Positions 10,357 to 20,536 of a stretch of 64,000 nucleotides of DNA are shown here, piece by piece (positions within the stretch are counted from its first letter, which is position 1; each line of letters starts with the position of its first letter). The DNA is from Syntrophorhabdaceae bacterium (lineage in GTDB: Bacteria; Desulfobacterota; Syntrophorhabdia; Syntrophorhabdales; Syntrophorhabdaceae). A program made the position numbers and the translations under genes. Location: contig CAXXUO010000008.1 of the NCBI GenBank assembly GCA_963666485.2, positions 64,001 to 128,000 on the forward strand, in the 5' to 3' direction. The notes beneath the pieces are model-generated. The model ran no database searches, was not told the origin of the DNA, and was given only the letters and a program-made list of their open reading frames with translations.

Positions 10357-11900
10357 GATATCTGAAAAACCCTTTCGTCCTCTTTATAGCCGTACTGCTC
10401 GTCATCCTGACGGCCTTTTCGCCATGCGTCGCCGCCGAACTGAGGATCCTGTACTTCAACGATTTCCACGGGTTCGCCGAGAGTTCCCGGCGGATAGGCT
10501 CCGATGAGCTCCAGGGAGGCATCGCATACTTAAGCCAGCGTGCCGCCGAATTGAGAAAAGAGAAACCCTCTCTTTTCCTTGCCGCCGGCGACATGATACA
10601 GGGGGACACATGGGCGAACCTCTTCGCAGGCAAGTCATCGATAGAGGTCATGAACGCGATGGGCATTAACGCCATGGTCGTCGGGAACCACGAATTTGAT
10701 TTCGGAAAAGCTGTCCTGGCCAAGAGGATCGAAGAGTCCAGGTTCCCCGTGCTCGGGGCGAACGTGGTCGGTTTCGAGCCCATCAAACCGTATGTTATTC
10801 AGGTAATTAACGGTTTAAAGGTCGCCGTCATCGGTGTCGTAACGGAAGAGACCCCGTCCGCCACCCACCCGTCCAATGTTGACGGCCTTCAATTTTTGCC
10901 CGTCGCCAAAACAGTGGCGCAGTATGTTGCCCAGTTGAGGAGCAAGGTCGACCTCATCATTGTGCTTTCGCATATCGGGTATAACGCGGACATGGAACTG
11001 GCGGCAGCGGTAAAGGGGATCGATGTGATCGTCGGCGGGCACTCGCATACCAAGGCCGTGAAGGAGATCATGGTGGGCAGGACGGTTATCGTGCAGGCAT
11101 GGGAACACGGGCTCGCGCTCGGCGTCCTCGACCTGACAGTCGAATCCGGGCAGATCACCGCGGCCTCGGACAGGCTGGAAACCATCAATCCCGCCGTCAT
11201 GAAGAAAGATGAAAAAGTGGCGGCCATCGTCGAAAATTATGCCGCCCAGGTCAGGGCATCCATGGGCAAGGTCATCGGCGAGGCTTTGGTAGATCTCAAC
11301 GCTGAAGAGGCAAGGAGCGGCGAATCGAACATGGGCAACTTCGTCGCAGATGTCATCAGGAAAGAGGCGGGCGCCGAAGCAGCGATAATAAATGGAGGCG
11401 GCCTTCGGACCAGCATCAGGAAGGGGCCCGTCACGGTAGGCAATGTCTATTCGGTCCTGCCTTTTAACAACTACATTCTTTCCATTCGCCTCACCGGTCA
11501 GCAAATAAAGGATGCCCTCGAGTGGGGCGTATCCGGGATCGAGGCCAAAGAGGGGCGTTTCCCCCAGGTATCAGGCATGTCTTTCACCTATTCCGCGGTG
11601 CGCGAAGTGGGCAAGCGCATCGGGACGATCATGGTCGCCGGGCAGCCGATCGATCTTTCGCGGCGATACACGGTTGCGACCAATGATTTCCTGGCCGCCG
11701 GAGGTGACGGGTACCAGGTCTTCCGCGAGGCGATACGGCAGGCCCCCGATTTCGAGATCGTCGGCGGGACGATACGAAGCGCTAATATCGTGTACAATGA
11801 CGCCGGCAGATGGCTCCGGGACGTCGTCACGGCAGACATAGAAAAAGAAAGAAGAATAGGTTCCGCCGTCGAGGGAAGGATACGGGCCGAAGGAAAATAA
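10353..11900 (+). CDS. Secreted 5'-nucleotidase / UDP-sugar hydrolase (UshA-like)
   Basis: NDFHG, AGD, GNHEFDFG, GGHSH metallophosphoesterase motifs; C-terminal NGGGLR and FPQVSG. Confidence 0.93.
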   Translation: MRYLKNPFVLFIAVLLVILTAFSPCVAAELRILYFNDFHGFAESSRRIGSDELQGGIAYLSQRAAELRKEKPSLFLAAGDMIQGDTWANLFAGKSSIEVMNAMGINAMVVGNHEFDFGKAVLAKRIEESRFPVLGANVVGFEPIKPYVIQVINGLKVAVIGVVTEETPSATHPSNVDGLQFLPVAKTVAQYVAQLRSKVDLIIVLSHIGYNADMELAAAVKGIDVIVGGHSHTKAVKEIMVGRTVIVQAWEHGLALGVLDLTVESGQITAASDRLETINPAVMKKDEKVAAIVENYAAQVRASMGKVIGEALVDLNAEEARSGESNMGNFVADVIRKEAGAEAAIINGGGLRTSIRKGPVTVGNVYSVLPFNNYILSIRLTGQQIKDALEWGVSGIEAKEGRFPQVSGMSFTYSAVREVGKRIGTIMVAGQPIDLSRRYTVATNDFLAAGGDGYQVFREAIRQAPDFEIVGGTIRSANIVYNDAGRWLRDVVTADIEKERRIGSAVEGRIRAEGK

Positions 11901-11922
11901 GGGATTAGATTCATCGTAAACG

Positions 11923-12108
11923 ATGAAGGTATTCGTCAACGACAGGGAGGTCCATCTCGCCCCGGGCATGACCGTGCGCCACGCGCTGGTGGCGGCCGCG
12001 CTCATCGAAGAGATCGATGCCGATGCACAGGTGTGTGACGAATGGGGCAACGAGGTCGGTCTCGACGGTGCGGTCTCTGAAAATTACAGGCTGTACGTGA
12101 AAAAATGA
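11923..12108 (+). CDS. Small hypothetical protein, possibly beta-grasp (ThiS/MoaD-like) without C-terminal GG
   Basis: MKVFVNDREVHLAPGMTVRHAL...; 61 aa, co-oriented with upstream operon. Confidence 0.6.
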   Translation: MKVFVNDREVHLAPGMTVRHALVAAALIEEIDADAQVCDEWGNEVGLDGAVSENYRLYVKK

Positions 12109-12114
12109 AAAATG

Positions 12115-12198
12115 GTTCAAGGTTCAAAGTTCAAGGTTCAACGTTAAAAACGTCGCCTTATTTCTGTTACTTTGAACCTTGAACCTTGAACCTTGAAC
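12115..12198. repeat. Inverted heptamer tandem arms GTTCAAG/CTTGAAC
   Basis: About 4 copies per arm. Confidence 0.9.
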
Positions 12199-12255
12199 CA
12201 TTTTTTCAGTTCGTGTATACTTTAATCCTCACAACCAAAACCGGAGGTTATGATC

Positions 12256-12900
12256 ATGAAATTTTTTATAGATACGGCGAATATCGACGAGATCAGGAAA
12301 GGGATGGAGATGGGCCTTGTCGACGGGGTCACAACGAACCCGTCGCTCCTTGCAAAGGAAAAGAAGGACCCGGAAACGGTCCTGCGGGAGATCCTGAAAA
12401 CCGTTCCCGGCCCGGTGAGCCTCGAGGTCATATCGACCGATACGAAGGGCATGATCGATGAAGCGCGGAAGCTGGCCAACCTTGGCGAGAACGCCGTTGT
12501 CAAGATACCCATGACGGAAAACGGCATCAAGGCCGTAAGGGCACTGACCGATGAAGGTATCAAGACAAATGTCACCCTTATCTTTCAGCCGCTCCAGGCC
12601 CTCATAGCCGCAAAGGCAGGCGCGACATATGTCAGCCCGTTCATCGGCAGGCTCGACGACATCTCACAGCGGGGGATGGAGATCATCGATGCCATCGCCA
12701 AGATATTCTACAATTACGCCATCGAAACCGAGGTCATCGTGGCGAGCATACGGAACCCTGTGCACGTTCTCGACGCAGCCCTCATAGGTGCCGACATAGC
12801 GACCATACCTTTCAACGTACTGAAACAACTCATGAACCACCCCCTGACGGAGATCGGGCTCGAGAAGTTCCTGAAAGATTACGAAAGCATCAAAAAATAA
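12256..12900 (+). CDS. tal: Transaldolase / fructose-6-phosphate aldolase family
   Basis: [39 protein letters not shown] favours ATG at 12256. Confidence 0.93.
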   Translation: MKFFIDTANIDEIRKGMEMGLVDGVTTNPSLLAKEKKDPETVLREILKTVPGPVSLEVISTDTKGMIDEARKLANLGENAVVKIPMTENGIKAVRALTDEGIKTNVTLIFQPLQALIAAKAGATYVSPFIGRLDDISQRGMEIIDAIAKIFYNYAIETEVIVASIRNPVHVLDAALIGADIATIPFNVLKQLMNHPLTEIGLEKFLKDYESIKK

Positions 12901-12902
12901 TC

Positions 12903-12992
12903 GTTCTACGTTCTACGTTCCGCGTTCTACGTCAAAAACTAATTATTTTAGTATTTGTCTAAACGTAGAACGTAGAACGTAGAACGTAGAAC
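12903..12992. repeat. Inverted heptamer tandem arms GTTCTAC/GTAGAAC
   Basis: About 4 copies per arm directly after tal stop. Confidence 0.9.
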
Positions 12993-12994
12993 CG

Positions 12995-13025
12995 AAAAAG
13001 CCGCTGGCGCTGCCAGCGGCTTTTT
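12995..13025. terminator. Bidirectional-type intrinsic terminator
   Basis: AAAAAGCCGCTGGC-GCT-GCCAGCGGCTTTTT. Confidence 0.8.
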
Positions 13026-13092
13026 CTTGCATTTCCAAGGCCGGGGACGTACGATTAAAATAAAGTCTTTTTACTATTGCCGGAGGTGAATG

Positions 13093-14301
13093 ATGCATTA
13101 TGCATGGATTATCGCTTTCACCGGTACGCTCGTAACAATTCTCGCACATGGCTTCGGCAGGATGTCTTACTCGGTCATATTACCGCCGATGAAAGACGGG
13201 CTCATGCTCAACTACACCCAGCTTGGCTCCATTGCGACCGGCAATTTTATCGGGTATCTCAGTCTCGCTATTATCGGCGGCTTCCTTGCTGCCCGCTTCG
13301 GTGTGCGGCGAGTCGTCTTTATCTCTCTTTTAGTTATAGGTGTGAGCCTCTTCCTGACGGGTTTTTCGGAGTCGTTCCTGTTCGCATTCTTTATGAGGCT
13401 GATCGCGGGGCTCGGCAATGGAGGCGCGTATGTCCCGATCATGGCCCTGCCTGCGGCGTGGTTCATCGCCAGGAAAAGGGGCCTGGCTACGGGGATAGTG
13501 TCCGGCGGTATCGGGACCGGGCTTTTCCTCGCCGGTGTCATCCTGCCGCCAATCATCTCTCACTTCGGCAAGGATGGATGGCGTTACGCGTGGTATTCCC
13601 TGGGGATTGCCGTATTTGCCCTGGCCTTCGTCTGCTACGCATTTCTGAGGAACCACCCGTCTGAAAAAGGCCTTACCATGTTCGGCGGGATCGAGGAACA
13701 AAAGGGAGGGCCGAAGGTCACGCTTTTCTCGGCATTCAAGGACGTCGTCGTCGAGCCCGAGATATGGAAACTCGGCGCCGTGTACTTCATGTACGGCTTC
13801 TCGTACATAATCTATCTCACGTTCTTCGTAGCGTTCCTCACCAAGGAAATGGGCGTGACCCCCATTGCAGCCGGCAGGATCTTTGCCATCCTCGGGGTCT
13901 TCAGCATATTCTGCGGGGTCATATACGGCTGGATATCGGACGTCCTCGGGAGACGCTATGGATCTATGCTGGCCTACCTTACCCTCGCACTGGCATACGT
14001 CATCTTCGCGTTCTGGAAGGACCCGGCAGGGTTCTATGTCTCCGCGATCGTCTTCGGCATCGCCGCCTTCTCTATACCTACCATAATGGCAGCGGCATCG
14101 GGTGACGCCGTCGGCGGCCGCCTGGCACCGGCAGGCCTCGGCTTCATAACGCTCTTCTTCGGGATAGGCCAGGCACTCGGCCCGCTCGCCGGCGGGATGA
14201 TCAAGGATTCGACGGGAAGCTTCACGGGCGCCTTCCTCCTCTCCGCGGGGGTGTCGCTGGTAGGGGCGTTCGGATCGCTGATACTAAAACGTAAGGCGTG
14301 A
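13093..14301 (+). CDS. MFS transporter (YbfB/YjiJ-like)
   Basis: About 12 hydrophobic segments, GFGRMSYSVILPPM, GWISDVLGRR. Confidence 0.9.
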   Translation: MHYAWIIAFTGTLVTILAHGFGRMSYSVILPPMKDGLMLNYTQLGSIATGNFIGYLSLAIIGGFLAARFGVRRVVFISLLVIGVSLFLTGFSESFLFAFFMRLIAGLGNGGAYVPIMALPAAWFIARKRGLATGIVSGGIGTGLFLAGVILPPIISHFGKDGWRYAWYSLGIAVFALAFVCYAFLRNHPSEKGLTMFGGIEEQKGGPKVTLFSAFKDVVVEPEIWKLGAVYFMYGFSYIIYLTFFVAFLTKEMGVTPIAAGRIFAILGVFSIFCGVIYGWISDVLGRRYGSMLAYLTLALAYVIFAFWKDPAGFYVSAIVFGIAAFSIPTIMAAASGDAVGGRLAPAGLGFITLFFGIGQALGPLAGGMIKDSTGSFTGAFLLSAGVSLVGAFGSLILKRKA

Positions 14302-14348
14302 GAGCGTAAGGCGTAAGGCGTTTTAACTCCTTGCGCCTCACGCCTTAC
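14291..14348. repeat. Inverted heptamer arms GTAAGGC/GCCTTAC overlapping MFS stop
   Basis: Read directly. Confidence 0.75.
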
Positions 14349-14364
14349 GTGTGCTACTGTTTTC

Positions 14365-15300
14365 ATGGTTATGGCTACGAATAAAAAGAGCGCACAACAA
14401 TGGTTTCTCGAAGCGTATAACTACGACCTCCTCGAACAGTCGGCTGAAAAAGCTGTCAAAGCATATAAGAAATGCATCCAGGTCGATCCCGATTATGCGG
14501 CCGCCTATGTGAACCTGGGGCTCATCTACCTCAAGGAGGAGGATTACGAGAAGGCGCTCCATCATTTCACGAGAGTCGTTCAGCTCGAACCCGAAAATGT
14601 CGAGGCATATATCAACCTCGGTTATACATATGAAAAGATGGACCGCTTCGGAATGGCGAGGCAGATGTATGAGCAGGCCCTGAAGATAAACCCGAAGCAC
14701 ATGGAGGCGTTCATCAACCTGGCGCACATCCACGAGATGCAGGCCGATTACAATGGCGCGATATCCCTCTGGGAACAGGCCATCCAGATCGACCCCTACG
14801 CACCCCAGCCTCATTTTTTCCTCGGGGCGATCCTGGACCGCCACGACATGTTCGACGAAGCGATCGAGGAATACCGGAAGGCGCTCGAGATCGATCCTCA
14901 CCACGTAAAGGCGTGGTTCAACATGGGCCGCCTTTTCCTTCAGCAAGGCGAGCCGAGAAAGGCATTCGACGCATTCTCCCGCGTTGTCGAACTCAGCGCC
15001 GATAACACCATGGCATGGAACTATCTCGGCTACATTTACGAAATGCTCGGAAGCGTAGAAAACGCCATATTTGCATACAGCACATCCCTCGGTATAAACA
15101 ACTACCAGGAGGACGCCCACTATAACCTCGCCCGCCTTCAGTATATTCAATACCGCGCAAAACCCGATGCACAACTTCTTGACGGGATAAGAAGCCGGCT
15201 TCAATATGTACTCGGCACGAATCCCCAGCACAAGGAAGCGAAACAGCTGCTCGGGATGATACAGCTGCACAAATCACGCCAGAATAGAGCAGACAACTAG
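14365..15300 (+). CDS. Tetratricopeptide repeat protein
   Basis: Serial 34-aa repeats (AYVNLG, AYINLG, AFINLA, AWFNMG, AWNYLG). Confidence 0.92.
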   Translation: MVMATNKKSAQQWFLEAYNYDLLEQSAEKAVKAYKKCIQVDPDYAAAYVNLGLIYLKEEDYEKALHHFTRVVQLEPENVEAYINLGYTYEKMDRFGMARQMYEQALKINPKHMEAFINLAHIHEMQADYNGAISLWEQAIQIDPYAPQPHFFLGAILDRHDMFDEAIEEYRKALEIDPHHVKAWFNMGRLFLQQGEPRKAFDAFSRVVELSADNTMAWNYLGYIYEMLGSVENAIFAYSTSLGINNYQEDAHYNLARLQYIQYRAKPDAQLLDGIRSRLQYVLGTNPQHKEAKQLLGMIQLHKSRQNRADN

Positions 15301-15320
15301 TAGTCTGCTCTATTCTGGCA

Positions 15321-15427
15321 TTCAAGGTTCAAAGTTCAAAGTTCAAGGTGAAAGAAGAAGCAAAAAAATGCCCCGGATATCCGGGGCATTGTCTTTGGCA
15401 TTGAACCTTGAACTTTGAACCTTGAAC
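15321..15427. repeat. Inverted heptamer arms GTTCAAR/YTTGAAC enclosing a terminator hairpin (AATGCCCCGGATATCCGGGGCATT)
   Basis: Between convergent TPR and AAA genes. Confidence 0.88.
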
Positions 15428-15432
15428 CGTTT

Positions 15433-17337
15433 TTAAGCCGCTTCAAGACGTTTCATTATCTCACTTAGTATTTCACTCCACACCGACACGGGGTCGACGG
15501 TGGGGGATGCTGTCAACTGCGGGTTCTTCTCCAGGGTCTGAGCGGCGAGTACGCCGGCGATCTTCCGTTTCTGGTCCAATCCCGCATTGACTGTCTGCTC
15601 GTAAATGTGTGTCGGTATCTCAACCCTGATCTTGCATCCCGCGATGACGGCGACATCCGGTTCCAACTCGGGGGCGGGCTCCGGCGCAGGCTCTACGGTG
15701 AGCCTGGCAGGTTCTGCCGCAGGAGGCGGCGGTGCGAAGACCGGTGCCTCAGGAGCGGGTGCAGCCGGCTGACGAGGCGGCTCGGGCACGACAATCGGCT
15801 CCGGTGCGGGCGCCGGTGCGGCGACGACCGGTGCCTCGGGTGGCGGTGGAGGCGGAGGCGGAGGAGGCGGTTCGGGAGCGGCGACAACAGGTTCGGGAGT
15901 TGGAGGTTCAGGAGCTGGCGGTGGTTCCGGAGCAGCAACAACAGGTTTTTCTTCCACCGGCGGAGGCGGAGGCGCTATGACCGGCTCCGGGATAACTATG
16001 GGTATTTCCTCGACCGGCGGAGCGGCTGCGGCGACCGGCTGCTCTACCTCTTCCGGCTCGATCCCGGCTATAGGTTCCAATACCTCCTTGACCCCGAAGT
16101 CTTCCTGGAATGCCTCTTGTTCGGGTGGCTGCATTTCCTGTACAACGTCCGGTACCGGCACTTCAGGTGCGGCAGGTACTTCGGGCGGTGCCGTCTCTAT
16201 TTCAGTCGGCGCCTCGGGCTCTGGCTCAGCAACCGCGACCGGTTCGACAGGCCTGGGTGCAAAGACCGGTTTCTCCTCGGGTGGTGGCGGCGGAGGCGGC
16301 GGCGGAGGCGGAGGAGGCGGCGGTGCGAAGACAGGTTTTTCCTCGGGCGCGGCCGGTGGAGGTGGAGGAGGCGGCGGTGGAGGAGGCGGCGGCGCTGCTG
16401 CGGCCTGCTTTGGTGCTGCCGCAACTTTCCTCTTCGGTGCCGGCTTTTCCTCAGCGGCCTCTTCAGCGACCTTTTTCGGTTTCTCGGTAAGGGTCCTTTT
16501 CTGCACGGCAGGGCCCGTCATCTTGAGGAAGCGCTGGCCGATCTGCTGCACTATGTCGCCATTGATCGATGAGAAACTGTTGGTCTCTCCTGCCTTGAGG
16601 CAAAGCTTCGCTATCTTGTTCACAAGACGGGGGACCCCGCCTTCAGAATATTGATACAGTTTGTGAATGGCATCGTCGGTGAAGATGGCCTTATCGGCCC
16701 CTGCCAACTTGAGCCTGGTATCGACATAATTCCTCAGGAGATCTTCGCTGTCCATTTTTTCGATCCTGTTGTATGTGCCGATACGCTGGAAAAGATTTGC
16801 CCTCTTCGGATGCTCGAGCCTCTTGGCGAGCTCCATCTGTCCCGCGAGGACGATCGTAAACAGGTTCCGGGTATCATCCTGCATATTCGTCAGCAGGCGA
16901 AGGCTTTCGAGGTTTGTCGGGGATATCGCATTCGCCTCGTCGATAAAAACCAGTACCTTCTTGCCTTCATCAGCCGTTTCAAACAAAAGCTTGTTGAATA
17001 TCTCGAGGAGTTCCGTCCTGCCCCTGATCTCGCATTCTTTTCCGGTAAGCTGACCGATGATCTCGCGCAGGATCTGGACGAAGGACATATCGGGGTTCGT
17101 AACAAAAGCGATCTTGTATTTGCTCTGGTCCAGGGAATCGAGGATAAGCCGCAGGGAAAGCGTCTTGCCGAGTCCTACGTCTCCGACGATAACGGTAAGA
17201 CACTCATTTCCTTCCTCTATGGCGAACAGGGTCTCTGCGACGGTATTTTCTACTGAAAGGTGAGAATCTACATACATCGATGGGTCTGGCACATTGTCGA
17301 ATGGCGGTTTTTTTAGGCCCCAATAATCGGTGTACAT
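15433..17337 (-). CDS. ExeA/GspA-like AAA ATPase with long Pro-rich linker and small C-terminal domain
   Basis: MYTDYWGLKKPPFDNVPDP, Walker A GDVGLGKT, Walker B VFIDEAN, IVLAGQ, GGVPRLVN. Confidence 0.88.
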   Translation of the reverse strand: MYTDYWGLKKPPFDNVPDPSMYVDSHLSVENTVAETLFAIEEGNECLTVIVGDVGLGKTLSLRLILDSLDQSKYKIAFVTNPDMSFVQILREIIGQLTGKECEIRGRTELLEIFNKLLFETADEGKKVLVFIDEANAISPTNLESLRLLTNMQDDTRNLFTIVLAGQMELAKRLEHPKRANLFQRIGTYNRIEKMDSEDLLRNYVDTRLKLAGADKAIFTDDAIHKLYQYSEGGVPRLVNKIAKLCLKAGETNSFSSINGDIVQQIGQRFLKMTGPAVQKRTLTEKPKKVAEEAAEEKPAPKRKVAAAPKQAAAAPPPPPPPPPPPPPAAPEEKPVFAPPPPPPPPPPPPPPPEEKPVFAPRPVEPVAVAEPEPEAPTEIETAPPEVPAAPEVPVPDVVQEMQPPEQEAFQEDFGVKEVLEPIAGIEPEEVEQPVAAAAPPVEEIPIVIPEPVIAPPPPPVEEKPVVAAPEPPPAPEPPTPEPVVAAPEPPPPPPPPPPPEAPVVAAPAPAPEPIVVPEPPRQPAAPAPEAPVFAPPPPAAEPARLTVEPAPEPAPELEPDVAVIAGCKIRVEIPTHIYEQTVNAGLDQKRKIAGVLAAQTLEKNPQLTASPTVDPVSVWSEILSEIMKRLEAA

Positions 17338-17413
17338 ATGCTACGTCCTCCTTCTCTCAGGCAGGAAAGCGTCTGCCTGTCTGGTCCTCGTAACGATCCG
17401 GGTGCCGTTGACC

Positions 17414-17986
17414 TCACATCTGCACGCTGCTGCTTAAATAATCAACGACATCTTCGAGGGAGGAAATCTCCTGAGCTTGCCGATCTTGTAGCTCTTTATC
17501 TCTTTCTCTTTCACAAGGCGATAGAGCATGCTCTTGCTGATCTGAAGCATTGCCGCGACATCGTTCGGGTTGAGCATGCGCGTGGTATAGACAGGTTTAA
17601 AGTGGAAGTTGAATGCCGTGCTGCCGTCCGGGGACTCCTGCATGGACATCTTTACCCCGTGATGCTTGCCGCTCAAAAGGTCCTTGATGCAATTCATCGA
17701 CTGCACGACCTGGGACTGCTCGTGGCTTAACTGGATCGAGGAAGATCTGTTCCTCTTCTCCGGTAACTTCCTTGAAAATGAGGTGGTCGCCGTCCTGGAT
17801 GTTGAAACTCCCCGGGGAGGCGATCATGGGGCTCGGGGACGACACCTCGGGCAGCTGTTCTATCTGGACCACTTCCTGATCGCTGACCGGGCTCGTGGCA
17901 GGAGCAGTCGTATGAATTTCAACGACAGGGTCCTGTGAGATCGATGCGGTTGTCTTCCTTCGTTTGACTATGCAGATCTTTTCCAT
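17414..17986 (-). CDS. Excisionase-like helix-turn-helix protein, split by apparent frameshifts
   Basis: C-terminal MLNPNDVAAMLQISKSMLYRLVKEKEIKSYKIGKLRRF; two ORF-track pieces join by removing one base near 17745; probable tail EDVVDYLSSSVQM* lies in another frame. Confidence 0.7.
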
Positions 17987-18223
17987 GACTCCCCTTCGTA
18001 TACAATTTTTAAAGTTATCGCATTTCCCCTAAAATGCTTTACTTTACTTTTAAAACCGCTATTTATGACGCATTCTATATTAAATTACTTTTAAAAAACA
18101 AGGTTAAGTACATTAGAACTTATTCAAAAAAAGCTGTCAATCAAATTTAGCCTTACCGTCGCAATTGTGTCATTTATTGCTTTTTCGACCAGTTTTGTCC
18201 TACAATGGGAATCTACAGGGAAA

Positions 18224-20059
18224 ATGATAGAGACCCCGTCCTCATCTCAAACGAAAATTGCCGCCGTAAAAGAGGTCATCCGGTCGCTGGGCCTTGTCTT
18301 CGGCGATATCGGTACCAGCCCGATATATACCCTGACCATACTTTTCATTCTGCTCAAACCGAGTGAGGCGAATGTCATGGGTGTCCTGTCCCTTATCATC
18401 TGGACCCTCACCGTGCTTGTTTCGGTCGAATATGCGTGGCTCGCGATGAGCCTCGGCGAAAAAGGCGAAGGCGGGGCGTTCGTGCTCAGGGGCATCCTCG
18501 TGCGCCTCCTGAAGAAGACCCGTTCGATGGTCTTCGTCACGATCATCACGTACATAGGCATCTCCCTGCTGGTCGGCGACGGCGTTATTACGCCCGCGAT
18601 CAGTATATTGAGCGCCGTCGAGGGCATACTTCTCATCCCGGGGTTCGCCGGGACGCGGCAGACGACCCTGATCATCGTTGCAGCCGTCATAGCGATCCTG
18701 CTTTTCGCTTTTCAAAAGAAAGGCACCGACAAGGTTGCCGGGGCTTTCGGGCCGATGATGCTCATATGGTTCCTGGCGATCTCCGTATCGGGTATCCTGT
18801 CTGTCATACATTCCCCGCATGTGATCAAGGCGATCAACCCGTATTATGGAATAAAATTTCTGTACGAGAACGGGGTTGCCGGGTTCTTCGTGCTATCTGA
18901 GGTCATCCTGTGCGCTACGGGCGGCGAGGCATTGTATGCCGATATGGGACACCTCGGGCGGAAGCCCATCCTGAGGGCATGGTACTTCGTCTTTGTCGCC
19001 CTTGCCCTGTGCTATCTCGGGCAGGGGTCTTTCCTGCTGCGCCATCCGGGCGGGACGCACGTCCTTTTCGGGATGGTCCTGAGTCAGTCCGTCCTTCTTT
19101 ACGTGCCATTCCTCGTCCTGAGCATAATTGCTACCGTCATCGCCTCCCAGGCGCTCATCAGCGGTATGTTCTCGATCGTCTACCAGGGTATCAACACCCG
19201 GCTTTTGCCCATGTTCAAGATCGATTACACGTCGACCCATCTGCGTTCACAGATATACATAGGTTTCGTTAACTGGTTCCTCCTGATATCGGTGCTGTTC
19301 ATCATGTACGAGTTCCGGGAGTCCAACAAGCTTGCGGCGGCGTACGGCCTCGCCGTCACCGGGACCATGACCTTAACGGGCATCATGATGACCGCGATCT
19401 TTTACTTCCGCCGGATGTATTTCCGCATGGGAGTCTCTGTTTTTGTAACGATCGTGGACATAATTTTCCTCGTGTCCAACATGTACAAGATCCCGCACGG
19501 CGGCTACTGGTCCATAATAATCGCCCTGATACCGCTTATCATCATGCTCATCTACACCGCCGGCCAGCGGAAACTCTACCGGAAGATCCGCCCCCTGCCC
19601 CTCGACGTGTTCCTCGAAAGCTACAACCAGGTCTACCAGGAGCTCAACAAGATCAGCGGCGTGGCCCTGTATTTTGCCCGGGACCCGAAATTCATCCCGC
19701 CGTACATGGTCCACACGATGTTCCGGAACCACATTATCTACGAGACCAATATCATCGTATCCATAAAGACCCTGGATAACCCGTTCGGCATCAATAGTAC
19801 ATTCACGGAGTCGCTGGCGCAGGGCCTCGAGGTTTTCGAGATAACGATGGGATACATGGAGGTCGTCGAGATCGAAAAGATCCTCCAAAAAGCAGGCATA
19901 AACGAGAAGGTCATCTTCTACGGCCTCGAAGAGATAGCGACAGACAAGCCGTTGTGGAAGATATTCTCGATGCTGAAAAGACTTACCCCGCCGTTCATCC
20001 AGTTCCACGACCTGCCCCTCAACAAGCTGCACGGGGTTGTGACACGGGTTGAAATGTAA
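18224..20059 (+). CDS. kup: KUP/HAK/KT potassium uptake transporter
   Basis: GLVFGDIGTSPIY, GDGVITPAISILSAVEG, TGGEALYADMGH. Confidence 0.96.
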   Translation: MIETPSSSQTKIAAVKEVIRSLGLVFGDIGTSPIYTLTILFILLKPSEANVMGVLSLIIWTLTVLVSVEYAWLAMSLGEKGEGGAFVLRGILVRLLKKTRSMVFVTIITYIGISLLVGDGVITPAISILSAVEGILLIPGFAGTRQTTLIIVAAVIAILLFAFQKKGTDKVAGAFGPMMLIWFLAISVSGILSVIHSPHVIKAINPYYGIKFLYENGVAGFFVLSEVILCATGGEALYADMGHLGRKPILRAWYFVFVALALCYLGQGSFLLRHPGGTHVLFGMVLSQSVLLYVPFLVLSIIATVIASQALISGMFSIVYQGINTRLLPMFKIDYTSTHLRSQIYIGFVNWFLLISVLFIMYEFRESNKLAAAYGLAVTGTMTLTGIMMTAIFYFRRMYFRMGVSVFVTIVDIIFLVSNMYKIPHGGYWSIIIALIPLIIMLIYTAGQRKLYRKIRPLPLDVFLESYNQVYQELNKISGVALYFARDPKFIPPYMVHTMFRNHIIYETNIIVSIKTLDNPFGINSTFTESLAQGLEVFEITMGYMEVVEIEKILQKAGINEKVIFYGLEEIATDKPLWKIFSMLKRLTPPFIQFHDLPLNKLHGVVTRVEM

Positions 20060-20112
20060 GGACCGGCTCCCGCCCAAAACCCCTTGCATTCGCGCTACTT
20101 AGGCGAAAATAC

Positions 20113-20141
20113 TTGACAAACCGGCTTCAATCTATTTTAAT
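20113..20141 (+). promoter_or_regulatory. Putative sigma70 promoter of the V-ATPase operon
   Basis: TTGACA-17 bp-TTTAAT. Confidence 0.5.
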
Positions 20142-20221
20142 ACTAGGACTGACTTGACGAAATAGCCCTGACATTTCCCGGCTGTATACTGCGCAGCCCT
20201 TTTGACGAAAAGGACTACGAT

Positions 20222-20533
20222 ATGGCGTCTCTTATAGAAAACATACTGTCACTTGAGAAAGAGGCCGACCGCCTTGTCGACGACGCCCATGCCCGGTCGA
20301 AGGACATACTCAAGTCAGCCGATGATGAATTCTCCCTCTTCCGTGAACAGGAAACAAAGAAACTCGAAGGGCGCATAGCACACCTGCGGGAAAAACACGA
20401 AAAAGAGTACAACGATCATGTTTCGCGGGCATCGCAGGAACATGCAAGAAAAATGAAGAGCGTGCAGCAGCTTTCCGAACAGTTCGTCAATCAGCAGGTC
20501 AATAAAATAATCGACAGGTTCAACAACTGGTAA
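20222..20533 (+). CDS. V/A-type ATPase peripheral stalk subunit G/H
   Basis: Charged coiled-coil 103 aa, first gene of the ATPase operon. Confidence 0.75.
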   Translation: MASLIENILSLEKEADRLVDDAHARSKDILKSADDEFSLFREQETKKLEGRIAHLREKHEKEYNDHVSRASQEHARKMKSVQQLSEQFVNQQVNKIIDRFNNW

Positions 20534-20536
20534 CCC

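Noticed and set aside
15607..16654. Long Gly-rich and Arg-rich plus-strand ORFs
   Set aside because: Antisense shadows of the poly-proline codons of the ExeA-like gene.
17414..17986. Excisionase-like HTH as evidence of a prophage or Tn7/Mu-like element
   Set aside because: No integrase, transposase, att sites or terminal repeats nearby.
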